From contig NC_086097.1 in assembly GCF_963921235.1 (NCBI RefSeq), positions 146,942,001 to 147,006,000 on the forward strand: a stretch of 64,000 nucleotides of DNA, read 5' to 3'. This stretch comes from Mobula hypostoma (Eukaryota). Within the stretch, counting starts at the first letter, position 1, and each line of letters opens with the position of its first letter. A model generated the notes under the pieces. It did no database searches, was not told where the DNA came from, and saw nothing but the letters and a program-made list of their open reading frames with translations. Position numbers and translations under genes: made by a program. Shown piece after piece: positions 14,256 through 27,800 of the stretch.

Positions 14256-17200
14256 TGTCAGTACCTCCAGTGGAACTATGTCTTTTTGTGTTTCCGCGTC
14301 CTCACAGGCTCCTTCCATCCAAGAGCCCCGTCTGCCTCCTCCTGAAAATTACTCAGGTGAGCCTGGTACCTGCCGCTTTTCTTTCCCAGTGCACCCCCAT
14401 TTTTGAATTGCAACCAACAACATTTCTGACTGATCCAGCCAAGGAAGCCTATATCATCGCCCAGCTGGCTGGTCGGGCGAGAGAATGGGAAACAGTCATC
14501 TGGGAGGCAGGCTCCCCTTTCTGCAGTAGTTTTCTGTTAACTTCTGAAGGGATGAGAAAAGTGTTTGATTGCTCCAAACATGGGAGACAGGCTGCCCGTG
14601 AAATGCTGCAGATCTGTGTCAGATTACACCATTGAGTTCCGGACACCAGCCACCTCCAGCAGCTGGAACTCAGAGGCACAGTACGAGACCTTTCTGAAAA
14701 CATCAAAGATGAGCTGGTCACCCAGGACCTTCCTTCCACCTTTGAAGCCCTGGTGGATTTGGCCATCTGTATTGACGTTCACCTTCAGCAGCGCGGCAGA
14801 AGGACGGTTTCCATAGGGTCCCTGGGGGCACTGGGTGAGTTCCAAGCTCCTCGTCAGTCTACATTGCCCTGCCGTTTGCCTCCATCTACAATTCCAGTTT
14901 CAGAGCCCGAGGCTATGCACCTTGACCATACCTGCCTGACGCCAACTGAAGGACAAAGGAGAATCAGCACTCGCACCTGCCTGTACTGTGGCTAACTAGA
15001 CCATTTCATCTCCACCTGCCCAGTAAAAGCCAAGCACTCACCAGTAGGACGAGGAGTACTGGCGAGCGTAACCCCTAACACCACTCACTTTCATACCCGC
15101 TTCTCTGGAGTGAGGCATCCAATGGCGAGCAGTCGCCGTCTTGGTCGATTCTGGTGTGGAGGGTAGTTTTATCGACTCTGGCTTGGCTGCTCAGTGGGGC
15201 TCATCCACGTCTGCTCTCCAGTCACCATTAATGGCCAATGCTTTGAACGGTCAGAGACTGGCTAACATCACCCATGTCACGGCCCCAGTGAGTCTCAGTT
15301 TATCCAGCAACTATCATGAACAGTTAACCCTTTATTTTATTGACTCTCCTCAAGCTCCCATTGTCCTGGGCCATCCTTGGTTAGTCAGACACAACCCCCA
15401 CATTGACTGGCTCCGTCACAAGAATGTAGGCTGGAGCCCATTCTGGCACTCCCACTGCCTCCGCCATGCTCAGATTCCCTTGTCTCCAAGCCCAGATCCC
15501 CCCTGAGGAATTTCTGGACTTTAGTGAATACATGGACCTCAAGGCTGTGTTCAGCAAGTCCCAAGCCTCTTCCCTGCCACCTCATTGTACATATGATTGC
15601 GCCATTGACCTCTTGTCTGGCACATCTCTCCCAAGGGGCCGCCTGTATTCCCTGTCCACACCTGAAACACAAGCCATGAGTAAGTACGTTCAAGAGTCTC
15701 TGGCTGCAGGCATCATCTGGCCATCTTCCTCCCCTGCTGATGCCGGGTTTTTCTTTGTTGAAAAGGAGGATGGCTCCTTGCGTCCATGCATTGATTACTG
15801 GGGACTGAACGAAGTCACTGTTAAGAACTGTTACACTCTTCTGCTTATGACCTCGACATTTGAACTATTACAAGGAGCCTTAGTTCTCACCAAGCTTGAT
15901 CTCTGTAACGCCTACAATCTTGTCCGCATCCGCAAAGGGGACGAGTGGAAGACGGCCTTCAACACCACCTCAGGCCATTACAAGTATCTGGTCATGCTAT
16001 TTGGTCTCACCAATGCTCCTGCCGTCTTCCAGTCCTGGTAAATGATGTTCTCAGGGACATGCTGAACCAATTTGTTTTTGTGTATCTCAACGACATTTTG
16101 ACTTTTTTTCTAAGTCCCTTGCTGAACACAAAGGTCACGCCCGCAGAGCTCTCCAGCACCTTCTAGGAACCTGCTCTTTGTGAAGGCTGAAAAATGTGAG
16201 TTTCATCACAATACCATCTCCTTCCTAGGGTATGTAATTTCAGGAGGTTCCATTCAGATGGACCAACAGAAGGTCAAGGTGGTGGTTGAATGGCCCCAGC
16301 CCTTGACTCGTCGGGAGTTGCAATGCTTCTTGGGCTTTGCTAACTTCTATCGTCACTTCATCAGAAATTACAGTACACTGGCTGCACCACTCACTGCTTT
16401 TGCCTCATCTGCTGTCAGATTCTCCTGGTCCCCTGCTGCTGAAAAAGCCTTCTCTGACCTGAAGGAACGTTTCACCTCTGACCCCATCCTGATTCAACCC
16501 GACACCGACTGGCACTTCATTATGGGGTGGATGCGCCTGACATTGGTGTATAAGTTGTTCTCTCTCAGTGCTCGACCAAGGTTGAGCAGGTACACCCCTG
16601 CGCCGCCTCACTCCCATGGATGGAATTACAATGTTGGAAACTGGGAGTGCTTGGTTGTGAGGCTAGCTCTGGAGGAGTGGAGGCATTGGCTAGAGGGAGC
16701 AAAGGTACCATTCTTAGTCTGAACTGAGCACAAGAATCTGGAATATATCTGTACGGCCAAGCATCACAACTTCCGTCAGGCTAGTTGGTCTCTGTTTTTC
16801 TCAAGATTCAATTTTACTCTGTCCTTCCGCCCTGGTTCCAAGAATGGAAAACCTGATGCCTTCTCACAAAGATTTCCTTCCTCTGAGACCCCTGAGGAAC
16901 ACGATGTCTTCCTCCCTGCTCACTGTCTCGTGGGTGCAGTGCAATGAGACATTAAATTCATGGTGCAAGCTGCTCAACAGAGTGATGCTGCTCCAAGTCA
17001 ACGCCTCACTAACGGTGTTTATGTTCCCATCTCTGTCCACTCACAAGTATTGCAGTGGGGTCATTTTTCCCAGTTATCCTGTCACCCTGGAACCAGGCTT
17101 ACTCAAGTCTTCATCAGTCGGCGGTTCTGGTGGCCCTCCATGGGAAATGACATCTGTAATTTTGTTTCAGCCTGGTGGGTCTGTACTCAAGGCAAGAACT

Positions 17201-18812
17201 CTAATCGGCCACTCGCTGGTCTGTTACAACCCCTGTCTACCCCCAGGAGACCCTGGTCCCACATTGCCCTGGATTTTCTCACCGGTCTTCCCCCATCAGA
17301 TAGCAATACCACCATTCTCACAGTAGTTGATCTTTTCTCCAAGTCTGTACACTTCATTCCTTCACCTAATCTCCCCTCTGTCAAAGAAACAGCCAAATTA
17401 CCAGTACTGTATATTTTCAAATTACATGGTTTACCTGTAGATGTTGTGTCAGACAGGGGCCATAATCACATCCAGCTTCTGGAGGGCATTCTGTAATATT
17501 CTGGGTGCCTCGGTGAGTCTGTCTTCAGGATTCCACCCACAGACCAATGGCCAGACCGAGCAGGCCAACCAACAGCTAGAGACTGTATTGCGGTGCCTGG
17601 TCGCCCAGAACCCCTCCACATGGAGTCAGCAGCTACCCTGGGCCAAGTATGCCATAAACTCTCATCTGTCCTCATCCACTGGTCTGTCCCCTTTCAAGTG
17701 CTGCCTTGGCTACCAACCTCCACTGTTTCCAACCCAGGAGGAGGAGGAGGTTGGCGCTCCATCTGCTGATGCATTCATCTGCTGTTATCTGTGGACTTGG
17801 AGGTGCACTCGCTTTGCCCTTTTCTGTGCCTCTGCTACAATCAAGCATCAAGCTGACCGCCATTGCTCCAAAGCCCCACGTTACCACCAGGAACAATGTG
17901 TGTGGCATTCTACCCGAGACCTGCCCCTCGAGGTGGATTTCTGCTAGTTCGCTCCCCACTTCATCGGCCCCTTTCCCATTGCTAAAGTCATCAGCCATCC
18001 TTCTCAAGCTCCCCTCCACTCTCTGCTGCATTCAACCCACATTTTATGTGTCCTGCATCAAGCCTTTCATGAGCCACTCCCTGTGTCCTGTCCCCAAAAC
18101 CCCCCTCCCCATGACTCATCGATGGGTCAGAGACCTTCACGGTGTATCCACTGCCGGACATTCGTTGCTGGGGTCGTGGCCTCCCAGTACCTTGTGGACT
18201 GGGAGGGCTACGGTCCTGAGGAGAGGTGCTGTGTCCCTGCCTGTAACATCCTGAACCCCTCTCTCATCAGGGCAATTCATCGCCAGCACCCAGCTCTACC
18301 TGCCGTAACACCAGGAGGGATCTGTAGAGGGGGAGGTACTATCATTACCTCTAGTTGAATTCTGTCTTTTTGTGTGTTTTTCCCCCTAGCTGTCAGTCTG
18401 TGATTTTGTATTGCCAAGTGCTCCTGCTCTGCTCCAGCCCCTGTATTACTGAGTACTCCGTCTCTCATTATTAACTGTGTTGCTGCCACCCATGTCTCAT
18501 TGTGATCCACTTATCATCTGCCTCTCTGTTTACTGCTCAGTGTATTTCAGTCCTGTGTTTTCACCTGTTTGTTGCCAGATTGTGCCAATGAATTTGCCTG
18601 AGCCATTCCGGCATTTGTATCTGTACTCTGTCTGTCTGAATATTGACTCTGCCTGTTTCCCGATTCTGGTTTTTGGATTTCTCTGGATGTTTTGACCTCT
18701 GCCTGAACTTTGACGCTGACTTTGTTTGCACCGCTGGATCTGTTACTCAGTTAATATCACTGTGTGCACAGTACTGGGTCTGTGATTGGATCCCTGCTCC
18801 AGTGCCCTGACA
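14256..18812 (+). mobile_element. Sushi-like chromoviral Gypsy LTR retrotransposon, decayed, with 5-bp TSD AGATC
   Basis: Gag (EPRLPPPENYSG, CLYCG.LDHFISTC), protease LVDSG, RT (LRPCIDY, YLNDIL), RNase H, integrase (WSHIALDF, HPQTNGQTE) and chromodomain [13 protein letters not shown]. Polypurine tract 18326-18336. AGATC at 14251-14255 and 18813-18817. Confidence 0.95.
18340..18812 (+). repeat. 3' LTR of the Sushi-like element
   Basis: Follows the polypurine tract, runs TATCA...TGACA, and its first 36 nt match the 5' LTR stub at 14256 (30/36). Confidence 0.88.
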
Positions 18813-18880
18813 AGATCAGGTGACTGGCATCAACGTTTTACTGTTCCAAAGGTTTCTTCAGTTTGCGATTTGCAATCATG
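18813..18880 (-). pseudogene. TMEM132-like exon relic, 5' part (split by Gypsy insertion)
   Basis: Acceptor catttctgtag|. Reads MIANRKLKKPLEQ*NVDASHLI, like AVAQELLQRPKQE. The frame continues at 14250 once the Gypsy and one TSD copy are removed. Confidence 0.5.
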
Positions 18881-19741
18881 CTACAGAAATGAGTATTCTG
18901 AACACAATAGGATAATTCTGTCTCAAATAGGGGTACTAACTTGTCAGATGAGTATGTGTCCTTGATTCCATTGACAGAATGGAAGTAGGACAGGGTCAAC
19001 AGTGATAGAAAAGGAAAATTCTGTGGATGTTGGAAATGTGAAGTAAAAAGAGACAGCTTTGGGGATACTCAGCAAACAATTGAAAAGTAATACATTTTAC
19101 AATTCAGGTCAATGATATACATCAGAATTGATGTTAATGTATTTAAAAAAAGGAATAGGAGTGAACAGAGGAGAAATTTAGGTAAAAGTTAGGAAAAATT
19201 AAATGACAAAAGTGATAGTGGAATATGGTGAAAGGCAGTGCTAATAGGGAAAGCAATAAATTAAAAAGATTGCCCGCTAGTAAGAGTTGCAAGTGAGAAT
19301 AGTCAAACCCTTGCCTGAAATTATTCAACTGAAAGTTGTAATGTCAGTTGCTGTTATATCCTCTACGCATGACCGCATGCAAATTCACTTACCACGATGT
19401 GGAACAACATCTGCTTCTGGTCACCTATCACTCTGCCTCTTTCCCACTCCCACTGTGATCTCCCTGATCTTGATTCTCCTACACTGGAAAGCTTGTGGAC
19501 CAGAACCTCTTCTTCAACGAGCAGAACCTCATCAATGAATTGAAGTACAGCATTGTATTTTTACCCTAAATTCTACAGCTTGGTAGAATGATTCTGCTAT
19601 TGCCATCTAGACTCAACTTTAATTTCTTGTCCCATCATAAAATTATTTCACCTTTCATTCTCAACTCTTTGAAATTCAGTTCCTCCTACCTTCCCTCTCC
19701 TCTCTTATTTCATTGCATGTTACACATTCTTTTTATCCCTA

Positions 19742-20871
19742 AAACATAGAAACATAGAAAATAGGTGCAGGAGTAGGCCATTCGGCCCTTCGAGCCTGCA
19801 CCGCCATTTATTATGATCATGGCTGATCATCCAACTCAGAACCCTGCACCAGCCTTCCCTCCATACCCCCTGATCCCCGTAGTCACAAGGGCCATATCTA
19901 ACTCCCTCTTAAATATAGCCAATGAACTGGCCTCAACTGTTTCCTGCGGCAGAGAATTCCACAGATTGACCACTCTCTGTGTGAAGAAATTTTTCCTAAT
20001 CTCAGTCCTAAAAGGCTTCCCCTTTATCCTCAAACTGTGACCCCTCGTTCTGGACTTCCCCAACATCGGGAACAATCTTCCAGCATCTAGCCTGTCCAAT
20101 CCCTTTAGGATTTTATATGTTTCAATCAGATCCCCCCTCAATCTTCTAAATTCCAATGAGTACAAGCCTAGTTCATCCAGTCTTTCTTCATATGAAAGTC
20201 CTGCCATCCCAGGAATCAATCTGGTGAACCTTCTTTGTACTCCCTCTATGGCAAGGATGTCTTTCCTCAGATTAGGGGACCAAAACTGCACACAATACTC
20301 CAGGTGTGGTCTCACCAAGGCCTTGTACAACTGCAGTAGTACCTCCCTGCTCCTGTACTCGAATCCTCTCGCTATAAATGCCAGCATACCATTCGCCTTT
20401 TTCACCGCCTGCTGTACCTGCATGCCCACTTTCAATGACTGGTGTATAATGACACCCAGGTCTCGTTGCACCTCCCCTTTTCTTAATTGGCCACCATTCA
20501 GATAATAATCTGTTTTCCTGTTTTTGCCACCAAAGTGGATAACTTCGCATTTATCCACATTAAATTGCATCTGCCATGAATTTGCCACTCACCTAACCTA
20601 TCCAAGTCACCCTGCATCCTCTTAGCATCCTCCTCACAGCTAACACTGCCGCCCAGCTTCGTGTCATCCGCAGACTTGGAGATGCTGCATTTAATTCCCT
20701 CATCCAAGTCATTAATATATATTGTAAACAACTGGGGTCCCAGCACTGAGCCTTGCGGTACCCCACTAGTCACTGCCTGCCATTCTGAAAAGGTCCCGTT
20801 TATTCCCACTCTTTGCTTCCTGTCTGCTAACCAATTCTCTATCCACATCAATACCTTACCCCCAATACCCC
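19742..20871 (-). mobile_element. Young 5'-truncated CR1 LINE
   Basis: ORFs 20498-20851 and 19836-20588 form the RT C-terminus with a single frameshift; (TTTCTATG)n tail at ~19742-19760. Confidence 0.95.
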
Positions 20872-20978
20872 CAGTAATTAAAAGATTTCAATTACTTGAA
20901 ATGTCTGCATACATATCCTACTTGATTTGCTGAGTACTACCTGGCTCAGCAAGGGTTTATCCTGGCCAAGTTTCTTAC

Positions 20979-21345
20979 CTTTACTTACATTTTCTAGGTG
21001 GATAAATCTCAGCCTTGTGGAAGACAACACTTGATCTCATTTGAATGCAATACTATCAGTCACAATTTCATATGATGTCAAACACAAGGCTATGAAAGAA
21101 AGCAAAATATTCACAATGAAGGACGGTCAAATAAAAGGCATTCAGTTGCTACAATTTTCCTGTGAGAGATGGTAAGACAAGAGATGGAATTGTAGTTGAG
21201 CATTTAGTAATGTTGTGGGTCTGCTCAATGGTGGAAGCTGCGTCCAGGCTGGCTGGCTGCTTAGAACTCCAGTGACTGATGGCTCTCGTTATTGGTGAAC
21301 CAGATACAAGATCCTAGATGCTGACTGTGTTTGGGTGCATGATAT
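20979..21345 (-). pseudogene. Heavily decayed TMEM132-like exon relic(s)
   Basis: Acceptor attgtttcag| and two adjacent GTAAG donors (20989/20979). Fragments REPSVTGVLSSQ and QFHLLSYHLS/KIVATECLLF recall EEPRIAKLQGGQ and IQILSPLSDTILAEKTITV. An internal acceptor-like tract near 21090 means this may be two exons. Confidence 0.4.
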
Positions 21346-21830
21346 CTGAAACAATGATTCTGGATGAGGTAAGAGATAGCTACCCAATGTCTCATGGTCT
21401 ATATCAATCATAAGTCAGTGTTTTTGAAGATGAGCAGAAAGATCAAGAATAACATAGAGAAAAAAATTGATTTTAAGTTATTTAAAAAGAATCAGATTAA
21501 CCTCAGCTGCTCTACAGGTGTCAGGCCTGCATAAGCGGGCACATCCCAGTCTCCAAGCTAAATGGAGTTACCTGCCACTTGTTTCTAACTCATCACCTGC
21601 AGCCTATTTAAACCCAGCTTCTCCAAACTTATTTTGGATTATTTCTCCATCTTTCGAGTCCTGATGAAGGGTGTCAGCCTGTAAATTGACTTTTTATTCC
21701 TTTCCATAGATGCTGCCTGACCTGCTGAGTTCCTCTAGGATTTTGTGTTTTTAATTTTAATGTGCCTATTTCCATTTTTACATTTCATCCAATCAAACAT
21801 TTCAGCTTGGCACTTCCAGATGCTACTTAC

Positions 21831-22154
21831 CTGGTCCAGATGCCTTTTTCTACATAAAGGCACCTTGATGACAGCGTGAATGTGCAGTTTGCTCTTTGAC
21901 AAAAACTGCAACTTATGACATCTTGTTTTTAACTCCACAAAACCAGGAGCAAACACATCAGCAAACCAGTTCCACTGTGTGAATTGAAGTGTTCCCTCTG
22001 GGACATTAATGCTTCAACTACAAAATCTGATACAATCAATATCCATTATACACTTTTCTCCACAGGGATTGCTGATGGCCACTTCACTCTTGGCATCTCA
22101 GAACCAAGGCTGTGATCTGGGGATCTTTGACTCATGGCTTGGTAGTTTAATTGG
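21831..22154 (-). pseudogene. TMEM132-like exon relic, 324 nt, phase 0-0, two stops
   Basis: Acceptor ...ctcatagtag|, donor CAG|GTAAGT. Reads PIKLPS...SINVPEGTLQFTQWNW...RCHKLQFLSKSKLHIHAVIK, like LQIEVSDTELNQIKGW...GCTLQYQHAMVRVLTQF. Confidence 0.55.
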
Positions 22155-22984
22155 CTACTATGAGTGGACACAGATGTATAAATGACTAGTAGACTCTAGC
22201 CAGAGATTATGGCGATGTGGAGATGAAAAATGAAATTAATGTAGGATTAGTATAGATTAGTATTAGATAGGTGATATGGATTCAGTGGGCCAAATGTCTT
22301 GATCCTATGCTGTATCTCCATGTTTCTGAAAATTATTTTCAAAATAAAAGATCCATCAGGTCAGACAACTTTACTTACAGAACAAAATATCTCTCCTACC
22401 CCACTTTAAGCTACTGTTATGATTCCTAGTTAGTGTACTTTGTGGTCTAACTTGCTTCCCAGCAGGCAGTGCAAGAACTACATGACAGCTACACATTCTT
22501 TAGACAGTCATCACTGGGAAAATGTATAAAAGTACTTAATGAAGGGAAAGGGGAATACGGTCTATAGCCATGTGGTCTGACTGGACTTTTGCCTTCAGTT
22601 TCCACAAGATGTCTTGCCTAAGTGCTGCACCACAAGCATGAGCTGAAGCAACCAAGGATGACTTGTATAAAATTTGGCCTTTGACACAGACACTCATAAG
22701 GAAGTAGTGATTATGGAAAATTTTGAGTGAAGTCTTTAAGATTTCCAGTTCATTAATCCTAATGGAGAAAAAAGTACAGGACTCCCTTAAGTGAGTTTAG
22801 ATGCAAATCGAGTAGCTGTAGAATTTATCCAAGGGTTGGCAGATGAAATGACCTTTGGTGTTGACATTTTTTCACAAAGTACATACAACTCAGAATATTT
22901 TGCAGCCTTATAGTTTTCTAATTATAACCATTTCACAGACAAGAAGTCACACTGCACTGAGAACAATGGGAAAATGTGATTATA

Positions 22985-24810
22985 TACATTATAAGATGTA
23001 GGAGCAGAATTAGGCCATTTGGCTGTTTGAGTCTGCTCCACCATTCCATCTTGGCTGATTTATTATCCCTTTCAACCCCATTCTCCTGCCTGTAACATTT
23101 CACAGCCTGACTAAGCAAGACCCCATCAACCTCTACTTTAAATATAATCAATGACTTAGTCTCCACAGCAATCTGTGACAATGAATTCCACAGATTCATC
23201 CCCTTTGGCTAAAGAATTTCCTCCTCCTTTCTGTTCTAAAGGTACATCCCTCAGTTCTGAGGTTATGCCCTCTAGTCCTAAGAATCATACACTAAAGGAA
23301 ACCTCCTCTCCATATCCACTCTATCTAGGCCTTTCAATATCAGTTTGGTTTTAATGAGATCCCCGTCTCATTGTTCTAAGCTCCAGTGAGTACAGGCCCA
23401 GAGCTCTCAAACACTCCTCATACATTAACCTTTTCATTCCCGGAATCATTCTTATGAATGTCCTCTGGACCTTAGCGAATGCCAGCACATCTTTTCTTAA
23501 ATAAAGGGTACAAAATACTCACGATATGCCAAGTGTGGTCTGACCAATGCCTTATAAAGCCTCAGCATCACAGCCTTGCTCTTATATTCTAGACCTCGCA
23601 AAGTTAATGCTACATTGTATTTGCCTTTCTAATCACTAACTCAAGCTGCAAGTTAACCTTTAAGGAATCCTGCATGATGATTTCCAAGTCCATTTGCCCC
23701 TATGATTGTTAAATTTCCTCCCCATTTAGAAAATAGTCTATGTCTTTATTCCTTCTACCAAAGTGCATGACCTACACTTCCCTACATTATATTCCTTCTA
23801 CCACTTCTTTGCCCAATCCTTCAAACTGTCCAAGCCTCTCTTCAGACTCTCTGCTTCCTCAACACTACCTGCCCCTCCACCTATCTTTGTATTGTCTGCA
23901 AACTTAGCCACAAAGCCATCAATTCTGTCCACTGTCTTGCACTGTTTTGTGCACTTTATGTAGTCCCGTGTAGGTCTGAAGTTTAATGTAGTTTTGTGTT
24001 GTTTCACGCAGTCTAGTGTAGTTTTGTGTTGTTTCATGTAGCTCCATGGTCTTGGAGAAACGTTGTTTTGTTTTTACTGTGTACTGAACCAGCAGTTATG
24101 GTTGAAATGACAATAAAAGTGACTTGACTTGGAAGACTCTAGCACTATGTCAGTAGGGAGAAGTGAGTGTAGTTGCTATTACTAAGGAGAAGTCCTTTTA
24201 GCCTCTCCTTAGTAATAGCAACTACACTCACTTCTCTCTATAACTCCCATCAGGATCTTTATTACCCTTGCAGATTTTTAACTCTACCCACAAGGATTCT
24301 TCATCTCCTAATCCTCTGTCACATCTATTTAAGGATTTGATTTTTTTTTATCAGAGCCACCCCACCCACTCTGCTTACCTCCTGTCCTTTTGATACAAGG
24401 TGTGTGCTTAAATGTTAAACTCCCAACTATGATCTTCTTTCAGTCATAACTCAGAAATGCTCACAATGTCATACCTGGCAATCTCTAACTGTGCTATACG
24501 ATCACCTTATTTACATACTGTGTGTATTCAAATATAACACCTTCAGTCCCGTAGTCGTCAACTTTTTCAATTTTGCTCCCATGTTACAATTCAACTCATC
24601 TCACTGACTGCAATTTTGCCTGTCCTTCCACAGTCTCACTGCATTCTACATCTAGGTGTTTAGCAACAGCCCAATCCTCAACCCTATCACTCTGGTTCCC
24701 ACCCCCCTGCCAACTTAGTTTAAACTCTACCCAGTAGCTCTAGTAAACCTGCCCACAAAAAATATTGGACCCTCTCAGGTTCAGGTTACCCACCCTTTAG
24801 GCATAGGTCA
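22985..24810 (-). mobile_element. Rearranged CR1 fragments with a short plus-strand LINE 3' end (~23930-24131)
   Basis: KFADNTKIGGGAGS and NLWNSL motifs; AATAAAAG(TGACT)n tail at ~24112-24131. Confidence 0.8.
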
Positions 24811-24869
24811 CACCCTGAGTTTGTATCTTGCTTAATGATTAAGCAATCTAGCTATTTTGGGAGATGTAT

Positions 24870-27800
24870 ACTGAAAGAATTGAATAGTATTTTTAAGTAA
24901 ATTAAATAACCAATGAAAAATGAGTGCCAGTGCTGCTGACTGCAACAGATCAGCGGTCCCCAACCACCGGGCCGCAGAGCATGCGTTACCGGACCACGAG
25001 GAAACGACGTGATTTGGCGATATGAGTCAGCTGCACCTTTCCTCATTCCCTGTCACCCCCACTGTTGAGCTTGAACGCACGCGAGGTCATTATCCACGCA
25101 TCATCCACGTCAGCGCGGGAAGGAGATCAACTCCTCGAGCTTGCAAATGACAGCGGGCTGAAAAGTATGTTTGACATAACATCTCTGGCAGCATTCTGGA
25201 TCAAAGTCAAGGCTAAATATTCTGAGACAGCCAGGAAAGTACTGAAAACGTTGCTTCCATTTCCAACATTTTTCTGTGAAGCTGAGTTTTCTGCAATGAA
25301 TGCAATGAAAACTGAATCGTGGAATAGACTGGACATAAGGAACCCCCTTCGAGTATCGCTGTCTCCCATCACCCCTCGATAGGACCATCTTGTTGCAGGA
25401 AAACAAGCCCAGGGCTCCCACTGATTCAGCGATATTGGTGTGTTTCAATGATTTTATATGTTCATACGGGGAAAATATGTGCTGTGTGTTTAATATCCAA
25501 ACGTTACTTAAAATGTTATGATGCTATTGACTTATAAGTGACCTATATAACCATATAACAATTACAGCATGGAAACAGGCCATCACTGTCCTTCTAGTCC
25601 GTGCCGAACGCTACTCTCACCTAGTCAAACCGACCTGCACTCAGCCCATAACCCTCCATTCCTCTCCTATCCATATACCTATCCAATTTTTCATTAAAAT
25701 CGAACCTGCCTCTACCACTTCTACTGGAGTTCGTTCAACACTTACTTCAAGGTCCCCTGTCCTCCCTGATAATTGGATTATCACTATATTCATGCGAGGG
25801 AAATATGCGCTGTGTGTTTAATATTAAATTCTTTAGATAAACCCTTTTAGAAACCAAATTGAGTGTATTAGCCACTTATCACCTATGTTCCGGTCGTGAT
25901 TAACAACTAGAACTGCCACCACCCCCCCGAAACAGAATCACCAAAAACGATTTGCAGAAAAAAACAGGCACGTACACACATGCGTACTGCTGCCCGCGCA
26001 AGGCTTCCTGGTCATTATAGTCTTTCTCTGGGTAAACAACGTATTTAGCTGCTTGTCCATTGGCAACCCTACCCCCACCCCCGGGTCGGCTGGTCCGCAA
26101 GAATATTGTCAATATTAAACCATTCCGCAGTGCAAAAAAGGATGTGGACCCCTGCAATAGACGGAAAAGCATACAATTTGCTTAGAAGTTTAACTGCTCC
26201 AACCAAACAAGCTGAACTGAGCTTTACTGATATCATGAATGTAGTGCAGGAATGTTTAGCAATGAAACCATTGTCTATTGCAGAATGTTTTCACTTACAT
26301 TAGCAGAATCAAAATGAAGGGGAGTACATTTCAGTTTACGCGGCTGAATTGAAAAATATTGTCTGAGCATTGTTAGTTCACTGATGGGCTTAACAATATA
26401 CAGAGGTCATTTAGCTTGTGGAAACTTACAAGAAATCATTCAAAATCAGCTCCTAACTGATGCACAACTCACATCTAAAAGAGCAGTTGAAATTGATCTA
26501 TCAATGGAAACAGCACACAGAGACGCAATTGAGTTGCAATCAGGAACGAAGGTGAGTATGAACAAAATTGCAGTGTCGAAAGAGCATGGCTGAACAAATT
26601 ATGTTACTGTTGTGGCAAGGGCTCACACACCCACAGACCAATGTGGATTTAAAGGCAAGAGTTGCAGAAAATGCATGCAACAAAGTAAGACATATGCAAA
26701 GAGCAGGGTGGGCAGACAGAAATCAATGGGCTGCATAGGGAAAGGATTAAAATAAAAAAAAGTCAAGCTGCAGTTCTAAAAAGAGCCACAACCTGCATAT
26801 TGTTGATGAAAAATCTGATAATGATGTGAGTGACAGGACTGAGGTTTACAATGTGGAAACAAGGTTTACAAGGGGAAACCAATATGGCTATACCAGAAGT
26901 GAATGGCAAATTAATTAAATTGGAATTGGACACTGGCTCGGCTGTTTCAGTCATTGCACAAAATAAGCTTGTACGACATTTTAAAGATACCAAACTGAAG
27001 CATAAAGATATCCAACTAAGAACTTATACTGGAGAAAAGACAACTCCTATGGAAATGTTATTTCTAACAGTGAAATACAACAATCAATAGCACAAATTGG
27101 GCTTGCATGTGGTAAAATCAAGAGGGCCTGCATTGTGGAGCCCTGATTGGCGGAGACAGTGACAAATCCGTCCATCATTTGCATGCCATATCCTCTGCAA
27201 CCGAGCCCCCTTGAAGCAAATTAAGAAAGGTACTGGATGATGCCACAGCAGTGTTCAAGGATTGTATTGGAAAACTCAAACATATCAAAGGTAAATGTTT
27301 ACAAAGCCCATCTGCATCCTCATACCATTTGCGATAAAGTAGCTAGTGAGCTAGGTCACATGGATGCTAAAGGAATTCTTTCCTAGGTTGTGTGGAGCCC
27401 ATGGGTAATACCAGTGGTCCCAGTAGCCAAGAAAGATGGACCTGTCAGGATTTGTGATGATTTTAAGGTCACCATCAATTCAGTACTAAAAATAGATCAA
27501 TACATGCTGCTCACATTACAGGATATCTTAGCAAACCTTTTTGGAGGGAAACATTTCAGCAAAGTGGACTTAGCTGAGTCCTATCTTCAGATGGAACTGG
27601 AAGAAGGGTCCAGAATATTTCTCACCATAAACATTCACAAAGGGCTTTATGGCTATAGCAGGCTGATTTTTGGAGAAGCACTTGCACTCTGGCAGAAGTC
27701 TATGGACTGGGTGCTGCAAGGCTGCCCAGGCACTCAGTTTTACCTGGATGACATTATTGTTTCTGGTGAGGATGACAAGGAACACCTCTAAAATGTCAAG

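Noticed and set aside
14123..14635. 170-aa plus-strand ORF suggesting a host-gag fusion or domesticated gag (PEG10/RTL-like)
   Set aside because: It is a chance read-through from flank across the LTR stub into frameshifted gag; the element has many stops.
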